From the NCBI GenBank assembly GCA_963726845.1, contig CAVSGB010000234.1, positions 1-44,842 of the forward strand: a stretch of DNA of 44,842 nt, read 5' to 3'. This DNA is from an uncultured Bacteroidota bacterium. GTDB lineage: Bacteria; Bacteroidota; Bacteroidia; Bacteroidales; DTGW01. A program made the position numbers and the translations under genes. Below, one piece after another: positions 1 through 10,396 of the stretch. Position 1 is the stretch's first letter, and each line of letters begins with the position of its first letter. A model generated the notes under the pieces. The model saw only the letters and a list, made by a program, of their open reading frames with translations. It did no database searches and was not told the origin of the DNA.

Positions 1-610
1 CCAACAACCACAATATCATGATTATTGTTACAATGACTACAGTCACAATGACTACTATCAACCACGATCAACCACCAAACACGGTGTTATAACACAATAC
101 ATGAAATTGAGGCTTTCTTCCGTGTTTTGAAAACCAACCTTCTACGGTGCCCATTTACCATAAAAACTGATGACGACAATGGCCTACCTGCTATTTAGGC
201 TTACTGTATATTGGGTGAAGCACCATACGGTTCCAATTAAAACAAAAAATACATTGCCACTAGCGCGAAATTGTCTGAATTGGCATGACCCAAAAAGCGG
301 TAACCACTACAACCCAAAACTCGGACGAAAACATCATTCTAATACGAAATTTTTTGGAGCCAACCCAGAAATAAAACTGCTGTACGACTCTTTAAAATAG
401 AAAAAGGATTACCCTTTCACAAAAAGAAAATCATAGTCCTCAAATCCGAACTCAAAATGCTATACATCCCAAACAGCAAATATTTTGGTTGCAATAATTA
501 CAATGTGGTTTAGTTCTTTGCTACTTCGCATTTTGGTGTAAAATATTATTTGAATTTCTTGAAAAAATTCAAAGAAGAATTACCAATGAAGTTTTGTTAT
601 TTCTTTTCAT

Positions 611-1773
611 TCAAAGAGCAACAACCTGTTTGAAAACATTTTCCGGGCAAACCAAATTTTTCATCAAGCACTTTTGCCGGAGCTGAAAATCCAAAATCAT
701 CCATTCCCCAAACTTTTCCATTAGCCCCAACAAGCCAAGAGCACTGGAAAAACTCCAGTCAGGCCGAAGATTGGTATATTTTCTTATTATATTTTTTTGA
801 TATTCAATTGATTGCTGACGAAACAAACCTTCAGAGATTGCTGAAACTATACGGACTTTAAGATTTTTTTGACTTGATAACAATTCTGCCCCTGCATTAG
901 GGTCCAAATTTCCGAGCCACTGTCAGCAAGAATTACATCAGGTTTGCCAGGGTAATCGACAGGAAAATAGTCGAAAATTCGGCTTGTAGTGCATCTTTAT
1001 AGCGTGTTGATCCGGCTTTTGGGAGGAGTATCTTTTATGTTTTGTCTTGACACAACAATGCTGTCGGGGTATGGGTATTTTCCAACGCCATTTTCCATGC
1101 AACTGAAGTTTCACAGGCATCGGCCGGACGAAGCACAAGCATGCTGTTATTACCCTGAATGAAGTGTTAATTGTTCCAATAAGCGTACCTGTGCTTCCTG
1201 TTCGACAGTTTGATGTGTCTGGCTATCTTCCCCAACACGAAACGGATCATGTGTCCAGATAAATTTAACTGGGAGTTCCATCAAAAGGTAATAAACGGCA
1301 AGCAGGCTTCATGTAATCCTGAAAACAAAGAATGTCCCAAGCAGCAATAACACTGCCATGCAATGCTATTCCATTGCACAATGCGGCCATAGTATGCTCA
1401 CTTAGACCCCGCCTGTAGGAAAGCGCCGGGTAAAATCGCCTTTAACAAAAGGCTTGGAATATTTCAAAAAACCATCAGTCTTATCGCTATTTGATAAGTT
1501 GGCAGATGAAATAATTATATTTTCAACTTTTTGGGTGAAATAACCGAGTATATTTGCCGATGCTGCACGTGTTGCTATTCCTTCTTTCAATTTTATTTCT
1601 TCGAAATTTAAATAGGGCAACTTTCCCGACAAAAATAAATTGAATTTCTTGGCTAATTCAGGATTTGCATTAGCCCATTCAACCCGTTTGCTGTTTTTCC
1701 GGAAGTTATTGAACTCTACAATAAAGCAAAAGAAAATAGAATTGCTGAAGCCAATAATCGAAAAGCAAAGCAA
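611..1773 (-). pseudogene. Degraded inverted copy of the same transketolase 3' half, split into 3 ORFs by frameshifts.
   Basis: ORFs 1402-1773(-), 938-1138(-) and 611-907(-) translate to segments of the 1813-2871 protein: GIATRAASANILGY..., the SSANLSNSDKTDGFLKYSKPFVKGDF stretch, and ...LLSSQKNLKVRIVSAISEGLFRQQSIEYQKNII...ENVFKQVVAL. Frame is lost between segments. Confidence 0.75.
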
Positions 1774-1812
1774 GTTGAATGGGCTAATGCAAATCCTGAA
1801 TTAGCCAAGAAA

Positions 1813-2871
1813 TTGGATTTGTTTTTGTCGGGAAAGTTGCCCCATTTAAATTTCGAAGAAGTAGCCCAGAAAGAAGGAATAGCAACACGTGCAGCATCGG
1901 CAAATATACTCGGTTATTTAGCCCAAAAAGTTGAAAATATAATTATTTCATCTGCCGACTTATCAAATAGCGATAAGACTGATGGTTTTTTGAAATATTC
2001 CAAGCCTTTTGTTAAAGGCGATTTTACCGGCGCTTTCCTACAGGCAGGTGTAAGTGAGTTGACTATGGCCGCATTGTGCAATGGAATAGCATTGCATGGC
2101 GGTGTTATTGCTGCTTGCGGGACATTCTTTGTTTTCAGCGATTACATGAAGCCTGCTGCCCGTTTATCAGCTTTGATGGAACTCCCAGTTAAATTTATCT
2201 GGACACATGATGCGTTTCGTGTTGGGGAAGATGGCCCGACACATCAACCTGTCGAACAGGAAGCACAGGTACGCTTATTGGAACAATTAAAAAATCATAA
2301 GGGTAATAACAGCATGCTTGTGCTTCGTCCGGCCGATGCCTGTGAAACTTCGGTTGCATGGAAAATGGCGTTGGAAAATACCCATACCCCGACAGCATTG
2401 TTGCTGTCAAGACAAAACATAAAAGATATTCCTGCAAAAGCCGGATCAACACGCTATAAAGATGCACTACAAGCCGAATTTGGCGCTTATATTGCTGTCG
2501 ATTGCCCTGGCAAACCTGATGTAATACTTGTCGCCAGTGGCTCGGAAGTTTCAACCCTAATTGCAGGGGCAGAATTGTTATCAAGTCAAAAAAATCTTAA
2601 AGTCCGTATAGTTTCAGCAATCTCTGAAGGTTTGTTTCGTCAGCAATCAATTGAATATCAAAAAAATATAATACCAGAAAATATCCCAATCTTCGGCCTG
2701 ACTGCCGGTTTGCCAGTGACACTTGCAGGGCTTGTTGGGGCTAATGGAAAAGTTTGGGGACTGGATAATTTTGGATTTTCAGCTCCGGCAAAAGTGCTTG
2801 ATGAAAAATTTGGGTTTACCCCGGAAAATGTTTTCAAACAGGTTGTTGCTCTTTTGAATGAAAAGAAATAA
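1813..2871 (+). CDS. tkt: Transketolase C-terminal half (pyrimidine-binding plus C-terminal domains). N-terminally truncated: the thiamine-diphosphate domain is absent.
   Basis: Colinear with residues ~300-660 of bacterial transketolases (GIATRAASANILG, SADLSNS, TFFVFSDYMKPAARLSALMELPVKFIWTHD, GEDGPTHQPVEQ, PTALLLSRQN, GSEV). The listed start is TTG, and the frame stays open upstream to ~1657, running through the palindrome centre into the other arm. Confidence 0.8.
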   Translation: MDLFLSGKLPHLNFEEVAQKEGIATRAASANILGYLAQKVENIIISSADLSNSDKTDGFLKYSKPFVKGDFTGAFLQAGVSELTMAALCNGIALHGGVIAACGTFFVFSDYMKPAARLSALMELPVKFIWTHDAFRVGEDGPTHQPVEQEAQVRLLEQLKNHKGNNSMLVLRPADACETSVAWKMALENTHTPTALLLSRQNIKDIPAKAGSTRYKDALQAEFGAYIAVDCPGKPDVILVASGSEVSTLIAGAELLSSQKNLKVRIVSAISEGLFRQQSIEYQKNIIPENIPIFGLTAGLPVTLAGLVGANGKVWGLDNFGFSAPAKVLDEKFGFTPENVFKQVVALLNEKK

Positions 2872-3434
2872 CAAAACTTCATTGGTAATTCTTGTTTGAA
2901 TTTTTTCAAGAAATTCAAATAATATTTTACACCAAAGATGCGAAGTCGCAAAGAATTAACCCACATTGTAATTATTGCGACCAAAATATTTGCTGTTTGG
3001 GATGTATAGCATTTTCGAGTTCGGATTTGAGGACTACAGATTTTTTCTTTGTGAAGGGGTAATATTTGTATTTTAAAGAGTCGTACAGCAGTTTTATTTC
3101 TGGGTTGGCTCCGAACAATTTCGTATTAGAATGATGTTTTCGTCCGAGTTTTGGGTTGTAGTGGTTACCGCTTTTTGGGTATTTGCAATACGGACAATTT
3201 CGCGCTAATCGCTATGTATGCCTTTTTGTTTTAATTGGAACCGTATGGTGTTTACCACCCAATATGCCAGTAAGCCTAAATGCAGGTGGGCCATTGTGCC
3301 GTCATCGTTTTTATGGTAAATGGGGCGCAGGTCAAGGTCGGTTTTCAAAACACGGAAGAAAGCCTCAATTTCATGTATTGTGTTATAACACTTCCATACC
3401 GTAGTTTCTGAGGTGCCTGGTAGCGAGGTACGTA

Positions 3435-3466
3435 AAACGTAAATGCCACTTCGTGCATTTACGTTT
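3435..3466 (+). terminator. Perfect 12-bp-stem hairpin (aaacgtaaatgc / gcatttacgttt, 8-nt loop) followed by a U-rich tract. Possible intrinsic terminator or small structured element.
   Basis: Inverted repeat read directly from the sequence. It lies just outside the palindrome arm. Confidence 0.35.
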
Positions 3467-4203
3467 ATGTCTTAGTTTATGCCCCATTTCATGGATGTTA
3501 CCACCTTTTGGTCCGTGACACTCTAAATCTATTGTATAATATTATCCTATGGCAAACATGGTCATCGCTATTGTGGTAACTTTCCACCAAACGGTAATAT
3601 CCGGACAGGATATTTGTTTGTGGATTGTTGCGCATGGATATTTTGAAATACATGGGGGTAAAATAATGTAATAATTAACTGAAAATCAATACTCCCCTGA
3701 TGACTACAAAACAATTTTAAAAAATATTAGCCTTGATTATCAATAATATATAAAATACGTTTGACTTTTTAGGCCAATTTTAGGCGAAAATTAAGCTGTT
3801 TTTAACACTCTTTTGCTGAATTTTTTTGACGAGCACGCAATGTGGGTAAAATTATAATTACATAGAAACTGTACAAAAATGTCTAAATAATTAAATGTTT
3901 TAAATATCATGTTATGAAAATTTTTATGCTTCCTTTACATTTTTGATGCGTTGGCATATACAGCAAGTTAGCAAAGAAAATTTAGACGCAAAAGTATTGA
4001 ACCAATGTTAAAACATGCAGAAAAAATACTTGATAAGAAGCTTATCGATATTGATGAATTTGAGGTTATAAAAAGAGCTTAATCAATAAATATTAAGTTT
4101 AAAAAATATTTTATAATAATGTATAAATTAGAATATGATAAAAATCAAAATATGAATTAATTGTAACTAAAATATAAGTGAAAGTCAAAAAGTACTTACA
4201 ACT

Positions 4204-5415
4204 ATGAAAAATTTTAAAAAATATTTATTGATTGCCCTGTTGGCCGGTATTTCAATTATAAATGAGGCTCAAACTGTAAAACCAGTCAAAAACTCTAACG
4301 GAAGTTATGGTTTTACTTTTGCCAATGTGTATTTTGAAGTGAGCCCAAAATTAGGCGGACGCGTTAGTTCGCTTAAAGTTGATACAACCCAAATATTATA
4401 TTTGGCCACTATTAATGATGCCAATGGCAGTGATGGCGCAGGATCTGTTTTCTGGCCAAGCCCACAAAGTATTTGGAACTGGCCACCACCTGTTGAGCTT
4501 AACTATAATGCTTTTACAGCCTATCCAACCGATAGTAATATTATGGTAAGTAGCAGTAAAAACAGTACTTTGTCATTAAGTGAAACTAAAGTTTATGCTG
4601 TTAACACGGCTGATACTTCTATTATTATTACATATTATTTGAGAAACTGGAAGTCAACTGCCCAACAGTGGGCGCCTTGGGAAGTTACGCGTGTAAACGC
4701 CGATGGGTTGACTTTTTTTGCAGTTGGTTCAGGTAATATCACAGGCACTTTGGCTTCAAACGCTAAAATAATTGGCAATTATGCCTGGTATTGCGAAGAT
4801 TCTACTACCGTTTCCGCAAGCGGGGTAAGCAAATTTAATTGCGATGGCAAGGGCTGGCTGGCACATATAACTAAAAGTCGTTATATTCTTATAAAAAAAT
4901 TTCCAGATATTAAACCCAGTCAATCTCCTACTGGCGAAGCAGAAGTAGAGTGCTACACTTCACCAGGTCCGGTAAGTATAGCTACTGAACTTGAAGACCA
5001 GGGGGCTTATACCAGCATAGCAAATGGCGATTCGCTTAAGTGGCAGGTAAAATGGTATGTGCGTAAATTACCTGATGTCATTAAAGGTGTCAGTGGTGAA
5101 GTAAAGTTATTAAATTATGTTTATTCAATAATGACGACAGATACGACAAGTACTCTGGTAAAAAGTAATGACATTGTTTCATTTAACATGTATCCTAATC
5201 CTGTATTCGACAAACTGACAATTAAAGGTCAAGTATCATACATTAATAATGCAACAGCTTTGTTATATAACCTGCAAGGAGAATTAATCCTTAAACAATC
5301 TTTGGCAATAAGCCCAATCATTGATATGAAAAATATCAGCACAGGTGCTTACATTATTCAAATTATCGATAATAAGAATGAAAGATTGTTATCAAATATT
5401 ATTATAAAAAAATAA
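4204..5415 (+). CDS. Secreted T9SS cargo protein of unknown function (signal peptide plus C-terminal Por/T9SS sorting domain).
   Basis: N-terminal signal peptide MKNFKKYLLIALLAGISIINEAQT. The C-terminal ~80 aa carry the T9SS CTD hallmarks (FNMYPNPVFDKLTIKG ... AYIIQIIDNKNERLLSNIIIKK). The N-terminal domain was not recognised. Confidence 0.7.
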   Translation: MKNFKKYLLIALLAGISIINEAQTVKPVKNSNGSYGFTFANVYFEVSPKLGGRVSSLKVDTTQILYLATINDANGSDGAGSVFWPSPQSIWNWPPPVELNYNAFTAYPTDSNIMVSSSKNSTLSLSETKVYAVNTADTSIIITYYLRNWKSTAQQWAPWEVTRVNADGLTFFAVGSGNITGTLASNAKIIGNYAWYCEDSTTVSASGVSKFNCDGKGWLAHITKSRYILIKKFPDIKPSQSPTGEAEVECYTSPGPVSIATELEDQGAYTSIANGDSLKWQVKWYVRKLPDVIKGVSGEVKLLNYVYSIMTTDTTSTLVKSNDIVSFNMYPNPVFDKLTIKGQVSYINNATALLYNLQGELILKQSLAISPIIDMKNISTGAYIIQIIDNKNERLLSNIIIKK

Positions 5416-5677
5416 TTTCAGGATTTTAATAATTGTGGTAATATAAAATAAAGTACTTAAACAATTACATAAAAGCATGATTCAAAAAGTTATACCTTTC
5501 TGAATCCATATTCCCATGCTGATTATTAGGTGCAAATAGCCAAATAACAAGGCTCAAAAAGCAGGTCGAAAAATAAAACATTATTTACATTTGTGACATT
5601 AACTTTTTGAACCAATTTGGGTAAATTCGATCTGTGAAAGCCTCGGTAGATTTTGTGCTTTCTTTTAAATTACTTCA

Positions 5678-7784
5678 ATGCTTGACTTATTAATTATAAA
5701 AAGTTGTAACAAAATAAGTAATGACATTATGCAGAACATTTTTGAAGTGAAAGAACCAGACTTTGAATTGAGTCCATTTACGGGAATGACTAAAAAGCAC
5801 TACATTGAATGTGCAAAATATATTTTGGAAAGAGCCTTTAAACATGTCGATTCATTAGAAACCCCAATATCTTTTCCTGTCGTTCCCGGGAAAACATATC
5901 CACAACCAAACGCTCCCAACTGGCGTTATCTTTCAGCCGATTTTGAAGCACTTGAAAGGACTTTCAATCTTGCAGGGCCACTTATTCTAGTAAATCCTGG
6001 CATTACAATAAATAATATAAAATTACGGGACTATTACAGTTTGCACATTTATAACGCTTTTACTCCTGGCCATACCAACTCATTACCGCTTCCGGAAGAA
6101 CTACCTGACTCAACATACCAGTTTACCTGCGAATTTGGGGGCTTGTTTAAAACCTTGCTTCTTATGCCAGATATCATTTGGTCTACTTATACTCAAAAGC
6201 AAAAAGACGAGATGGTAGAATGTATCTCAAAATGGGGGCACCACAGGACAACACAAAATAATTGGCGTATATTTAATATTATGACCCTTTCCTTCCTTAA
6301 AAAACACGGATACGAAATAGATGATGAATTATTAAAAAGCCATCTTTTATGGGTTACTTCTTATCATTCGGGCAATGGATGGTACCTGGAACAAACTTAC
6401 AATTATTATACAATAAGTTTATTTATTGTGTATTTAACAATATGGAACAGAACCTTTGGAGATGAATTTTACCCTGATATTGCTGAAGCCATAGAAAAAT
6501 CAGCACAAGAATTATATAAAACATATGTTAATTTCTTCGGAAGAGATGGTTATGTAAATATGTGGGCCAGAAGTATCACTTACCGAACCTGGATATCAGG
6601 TGGATTTCCTGTTTCTTTTATGTTGAAAGGTGGATCACCATTGGATCCCGGGATGGGCAGGAGACTTTGTTCAGGTTCTTTACTTCAGTTTGTAACCCGC
6701 GATGAATTTTTCGAAAATGATATACCAAGCCTGGGTTATTACAGACATACTGAATATGTTTTGCAAAATTATAGTTGCGCAGGTAGCCCTTTTATTATGT
6801 TTATACCATTTATTGCCCTGTCGCTGCCAGACGATTCTCCTTTTTGGACAGCCAAAGAAAATGAAGGTTTTTGGGAAAAGCTTGGAAACAAATCGAATGT
6901 TGAAGTTCTGAATAATCCTGGAATAGTGCTTGCAAACCATGGTAAAACTGGAACTTCTGAAATAATACCGGGTAAGGTTTACTACAACGACCCTAATTAT
7001 TCCAAACTTGTTTATAATACCCATTTTCCGTGGGAAAGACCACAATCCACAGGGTGGAACTGCTATGGAATACAGTTTCCGGAGCCTCGATCCAAGAGAT
7101 GTTCGTGGCGATGATATTAATTTTTATCTTACCGGACATAAATTACAAAACAGCTCTGAAAAAAATACAGAATATACCACTTCTCAAAGCATGCTCTATA
7201 ATGGCGTTAGGAAGGATGTAATTTACAGGCAAGCCATTATGCGAAAACCGCCTAATAATGGTGTAGGATATATTATTGACCTGGCTGAAATTATTATTCC
7301 GGGAGGTGTAATAAGAGTTGACCGCTCACGAATGGCATTTGAATATGAACTAACATTAGGTCACTATGGTTTACCACATATAAAAGGTGTAAAAGCCGAT
7401 GTTAAACAATTTGAATATGGTAATAAAAAAGCAATTACTGCATCCATACCAGGAAGAAGGGTGGCAATGATAACCTATAACGGATGGGATGAAGTGAAAA
7501 GCTTAATACATTTGGGACGAAATGCTGAGGCTGATGAAAGTACAGTTATTTATGCCCACAAGAAAAGGTTGGAAAAAAATCCATACATGGAATTGATGAT
7601 ATCAGTTTTACTTCATAAAATGGATGATACAGAATGGACTGAGGAAGAATTATCACCCATAAAAAGCCTTGAAATTATGGATATTACTCCCACATATTCA
7701 GCGTTAGGTGTAAATATCATCCTTTACAATAACAAAAAATATGAAGTGGATTTTATTGATATTGATGGTTACAGGTCTTGCTAA
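5678..7784 (+). CDS. DUF2264-like protein (glycan-utilisation associated), interrupted by one frameshift at ~7008-7114. The true start is probably at M(QNIFEV) near 5729.
   Basis: ORFs 5678-7114 and 7008-7784 overlap in different frames and together would give a ~700-aa protein. Stretches such as TKKHYIECAKYILERA ... FEALERTFNLAG resemble my recollection of the conserved N-terminal region of DUF2264 proteins; I could not check this against a profile. Family assignment is tentative. Confidence 0.45.
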
Positions 7785-7814
7785 TGAAGCAATTTAATTA
7801 TAGGTAAAAACTTA

Positions 7815-8228
7815 TTATTTCAAAAAATCCTCACGAATGGGAGTAAAGCTGTCGATCAACCTTACCTTTTTTGTTAGGAGTTTTATTGTATGATTTTTTT
7901 CTGAAGGGACTGCATATACTTCGCCTTCTTTCAAGTGTTCTTCAGGTCTGTCTTCACAATAAAAAATTATTTCTCCCTTAGCCACATAAGACACTTGTTC
8001 ATGAGGATGTGAATGATGTGGATCAGGCTCATCCCATGGGCCATTATTAAAATCGATTATTGCCATCATTAGGTTTTGAGTATGCACTACACTCCGGGTT
8101 ACACCTTCTTTTATTTGTTCTTTTGGTAACTGTTTAAATTCTGATTTAGAAATAGACATTGAAATATTTCCTCCATTTATAAATAATTTTTTTGATAGTA
8201 AAGATATTAATAAACATTTGTCAAACAT
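7815..8228 (-). CDS. Cupin-domain protein.
   Basis: 137 aa. His/Glu-containing motifs HHSHPHEQVSYVAKGE and EVYAVPSEKNH, typical of a cupin_2 beta-barrel. Confidence 0.6.
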   Translation of the reverse strand: MFDKCLLISLLSKKLFINGGNISMSISKSEFKQLPKEQIKEGVTRSVVHTQNLMMAIIDFNNGPWDEPDPHHSHPHEQVSYVAKGEIIFYCEDRPEEHLKEGEVYAVPSEKNHTIKLLTKKVRLIDSFTPIREDFLK

Positions 8229-8742
8229 AAACGCTAAAGAAACTTTAAAGTTTTAAGTTTACTTTTTTTACTATATATTACAACCTAAATGGCTTAATAT
8301 TAATTTAAATGATAGCTTGATAGAATGTTTCTATACCAATAAAAATTATGTTTTAGATCATCTTATTAACATAATAGATTCTTACGGAAAAGAAACTTCA
8401 ACTAAATAGTTACATTATTTTTATAAAAAGACTTTGATCAGGATGTTTTTAAACTTGACTTTAAATGGATTGATGAAATGAAGTCCAGTGCCCAACAACA
8501 GTTCATAAGAATAGCGGAGCTTGTAAAGTATTCGGCACCTCGTCGCGCAGGAAATTTCTGCCTCGTTGGATAGGGACATAGCTACGAAACACGCCAATGC
8601 TCATAGCCTCGAACGTTGGCAACAATACAAGAAAAAAATTTGTTCAGTTATTTATTGTTAAACCAACACATTAGCCTAAATTAATAACCATTATGAGAAT
8701 AATAGGGTTAACTACTTATTTTAGTTTTGTTAAAAAAGAAAA

Positions 8743-8780
8743 CCGTCCTATATCATGCAAATAAGACGGCCTCTTTTTCA
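8743..8780 (-). terminator. Weak hairpin (ccgtc/gacgg stem) flanked by T-runs on both strands. Possible terminator for the 8813-10396 gene.
   Basis: Short GC-rich stem followed by ttttctttttt on the minus strand and ctcttttt on the plus strand. Confidence 0.25.
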
Positions 8781-8812
8781 GATCAACAGTTTAGGTACAA
8801 TCGAATTGGCAA

Positions 8813-10396
8813 TTACTGTTTTATTATTTTTTGCATTACAGATTGACCTGGATTACATATCCTCAGGAAATAAACGCCAGACAAATATTTTGTCATGTCA
8901 ATGTTAATATTAGCACCTTCAGTATTCATGTTTAATAATTGCTGCCCTTCAATATTATACAAACTTATTAAAGAACGGGAACCTGGAAGTGCCACGTTAA
9001 GTATACTGTTTACAGGGTTCGGGCAAATTGAAATACCTTTATTGTTGAAATCTTTGATTGAACTGGGACCTGCGATTACGGTAATTATTACATTATCGGA
9101 AGCAGTATCACCGCGATTATCAGTTAATAATAAAGTAATTGTATGAACCCCAACAGCTAAACTTACTGAGGGTTTAACTCCTGTTGCAATTTGAGTTGTT
9201 CCCTCTTTCCAGACGTAAGAAGAAATTGAACCAAGGCTTCCGGAACCATCCAAAGATACAGATACACTGCCACTATTTTCAGTATCTGTTACCTTTTGAT
9301 CAGCTCCTGCATAAGCAACAATGCTTCCGCTGTCCATAACAGCGATACCATTTATTTTTGGGCTTTGAGTGATAGTGACTACATTGATTACCAACTGCCC
9401 GAGGCTGTCGGCTTTGATATAAAACGTTTTGGCGATACCCTTGTTCGGGCCTCCTGCTGAAGCGTAAATGTCAAAATTGCTCAACACAGTTGTGCTGTTG
9501 ATAGACATACTAAACAAGCGCTGTCCGGCTCCGGTTACATAAGTCTCAGCGAAGTAAAGCGTTACCATCTGCGGAACTGTTACTGGCCGGTTTGGAATTG
9601 TATAACTAAACGATCCGTAGCGTTCAGTACTGAAGATCGCAATCGGTGGCGGGTTACTGGTTATCTGCGTTGCAGTTATCTTATTAGGGTTGGTATAGGG
9701 GCTGCCGCCTATGAAGTACTTATCGGCAACGTAGTTCCCTACTGATGGGCCTCCAGGGTTGATATAGATGGGGCTGCTTTGCGAAACAGTAACTACTGAT
9801 GCAGCTGTGAAAGAGCCATCAGCCGTAGTAACCATAATTGTTGCTGTTCCTGCTGCTACTCCTTTAACCAAACCGGTTGTGCTTACAGTTGCAACTGCCG
9901 CATTACTTGTACTCCAGGTAACTTTTTTGTTGGTTGGATGTAACGGCGTTAAAGTTGCTTTTAATTGTGTAACTGCACCTATATAAATGGAATCGGTTGT
10001 AGGACTCACTGAAACACCTGTTACAGCTAAAGGTGTAACTGTCACTGAAGATGTATATGTAAAGGCACCATCAGCCGTAGTAACTGTAATAGTTGTTGTT
10101 CCGTTTGCCACAGCGGTAAGTAAACCTGTCGAATCTATAGTTGCAATTGATGTATTGCCTGAGTTCCATGTAACCTTCTTGTTGGTTGCGTAAGAAGGGA
10201 CAAAAATTGCCTTTAATCGCGACGTATCTCCAGCACTTATGGATATAGTATCTGGACTAATTGTAACACCTGTTACCGCTATTATCCCCCACTCGGAGTA
10301 CCATTTTGCGTAATTGATAGTATCATAGGCAGCAGGATGTGTTGTGATTACTTGACTCGTAACAGTATCACCATTAGCTTTCATGAATTTATTCAA
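8813..10396 (-). CDS. Big_2 - Big_2 - malectin-like carbohydrate-binding - PKD - T9SS C-terminal sorting domain. Most likely the C-terminal continuation of the CE15 esterase upstream, separated by a frameshift.
   Basis: Two tandem Ig-like Big_2 repeats, seen as ~210-bp repeats at DNA level (9768-10193). Malectin signature YFAETYVTGAGQRLFSMSINSTTVLSNFDIYASAGG. PKD-like segment, then CTD (CPNPVNSILNVALPG...VYFLRICN). There is no signal peptide of its own. Its frame is open for 17 codons upstream, into the end of the CE15 ORF, and the two ORFs overlap by 4 bp at a T5 run. Confidence 0.75.
   Translation of the reverse strand: MNKFMKANGDTVTSQVITTHPAAYDTINYAKWYSEWGIIAVTGVTISPDTISISAGDTSRLKAIFVPSYATNKKVTWNSGNTSIATIDSTGLLTAVANGTTTITVTTADGAFTYTSSVTVTPLAVTGVSVSPTTDSIYIGAVTQLKATLTPLHPTNKKVTWSTSNAAVATVSTTGLVKGVAAGTATIMVTTADGSFTAASVVTVSQSSPIYINPGGPSVGNYVADKYFIGGSPYTNPNKITATQITSNPPPIAIFSTERYGSFSYTIPNRPVTVPQMVTLYFAETYVTGAGQRLFSMSINSTTVLSNFDIYASAGGPNKGIAKTFYIKADSLGQLVINVVTITQSPKINGIAVMDSGSIVAYAGADQKVTDTENSGSVSVSLDGSGSLGSISSYVWKEGTTQIATGVKPSVSLAVGVHTITLLLTDNRGDTASDNVIITVIAGPSSIKDFNNKGISICPNPVNSILNVALPGSRSLISLYNIEGQQLLNMNTEGANINIDMTKYLSGVYFLRICNPGQSVMQKIIKQ

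Larger units (their letters stand above)
83..3400. repeat. Large imperfect palindrome: left arm 83-1683 is about 95% identical to the reverse complement of right arm 1774-3400. A ~90-bp non-palindromic spacer (1684-1773) sits at the centre.
   Basis: Seen directly. rc(3340-3400) matches 83-143, rc(1774-1850) matches 1615-1683, and the minus-strand ORFs 1402-1773, 938-1138 and 611-907 re-encode the same protein as + ORF 1813-2871. The mirror symmetry ends at 83 on the left (beyond ~3400 the right side was compared only far enough to establish this). Confidence 0.85.

Noticed and set aside
170-400. ORFs 170-400(+) and 3183-3404(+) in the mirrored flanks of the palindrome
   Set aside because: They are reverse-complement images of each other's non-coding flank, have no start context or homology, and are more likely non-coding (tkt 3' flank).
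2195-2584. Antisense ORFs inside large genes, e.g. 2195-2584(-), 6680-7045(-), 9768-10193(+), 19143-19916(+), 26151-28550, 37275-39893, 40722-40916 and others in the ORF track
   Set aside because: They lie wholly within confidently assigned CDSs on the opposite strand or in alternate frames and have no recognisable motifs. Treated as shadow ORFs.
4005-4082. 26-codon ORF (MLKHAEKILDKKLIDIDEFEVIKRA) in the 780-bp AT-rich gap upstream of the first T9SS gene
   Set aside because: Too short, no recognisable motif, and it sits in a low-complexity AT-rich region where random ORFs are expected. Worth a ribosome-profiling look only.
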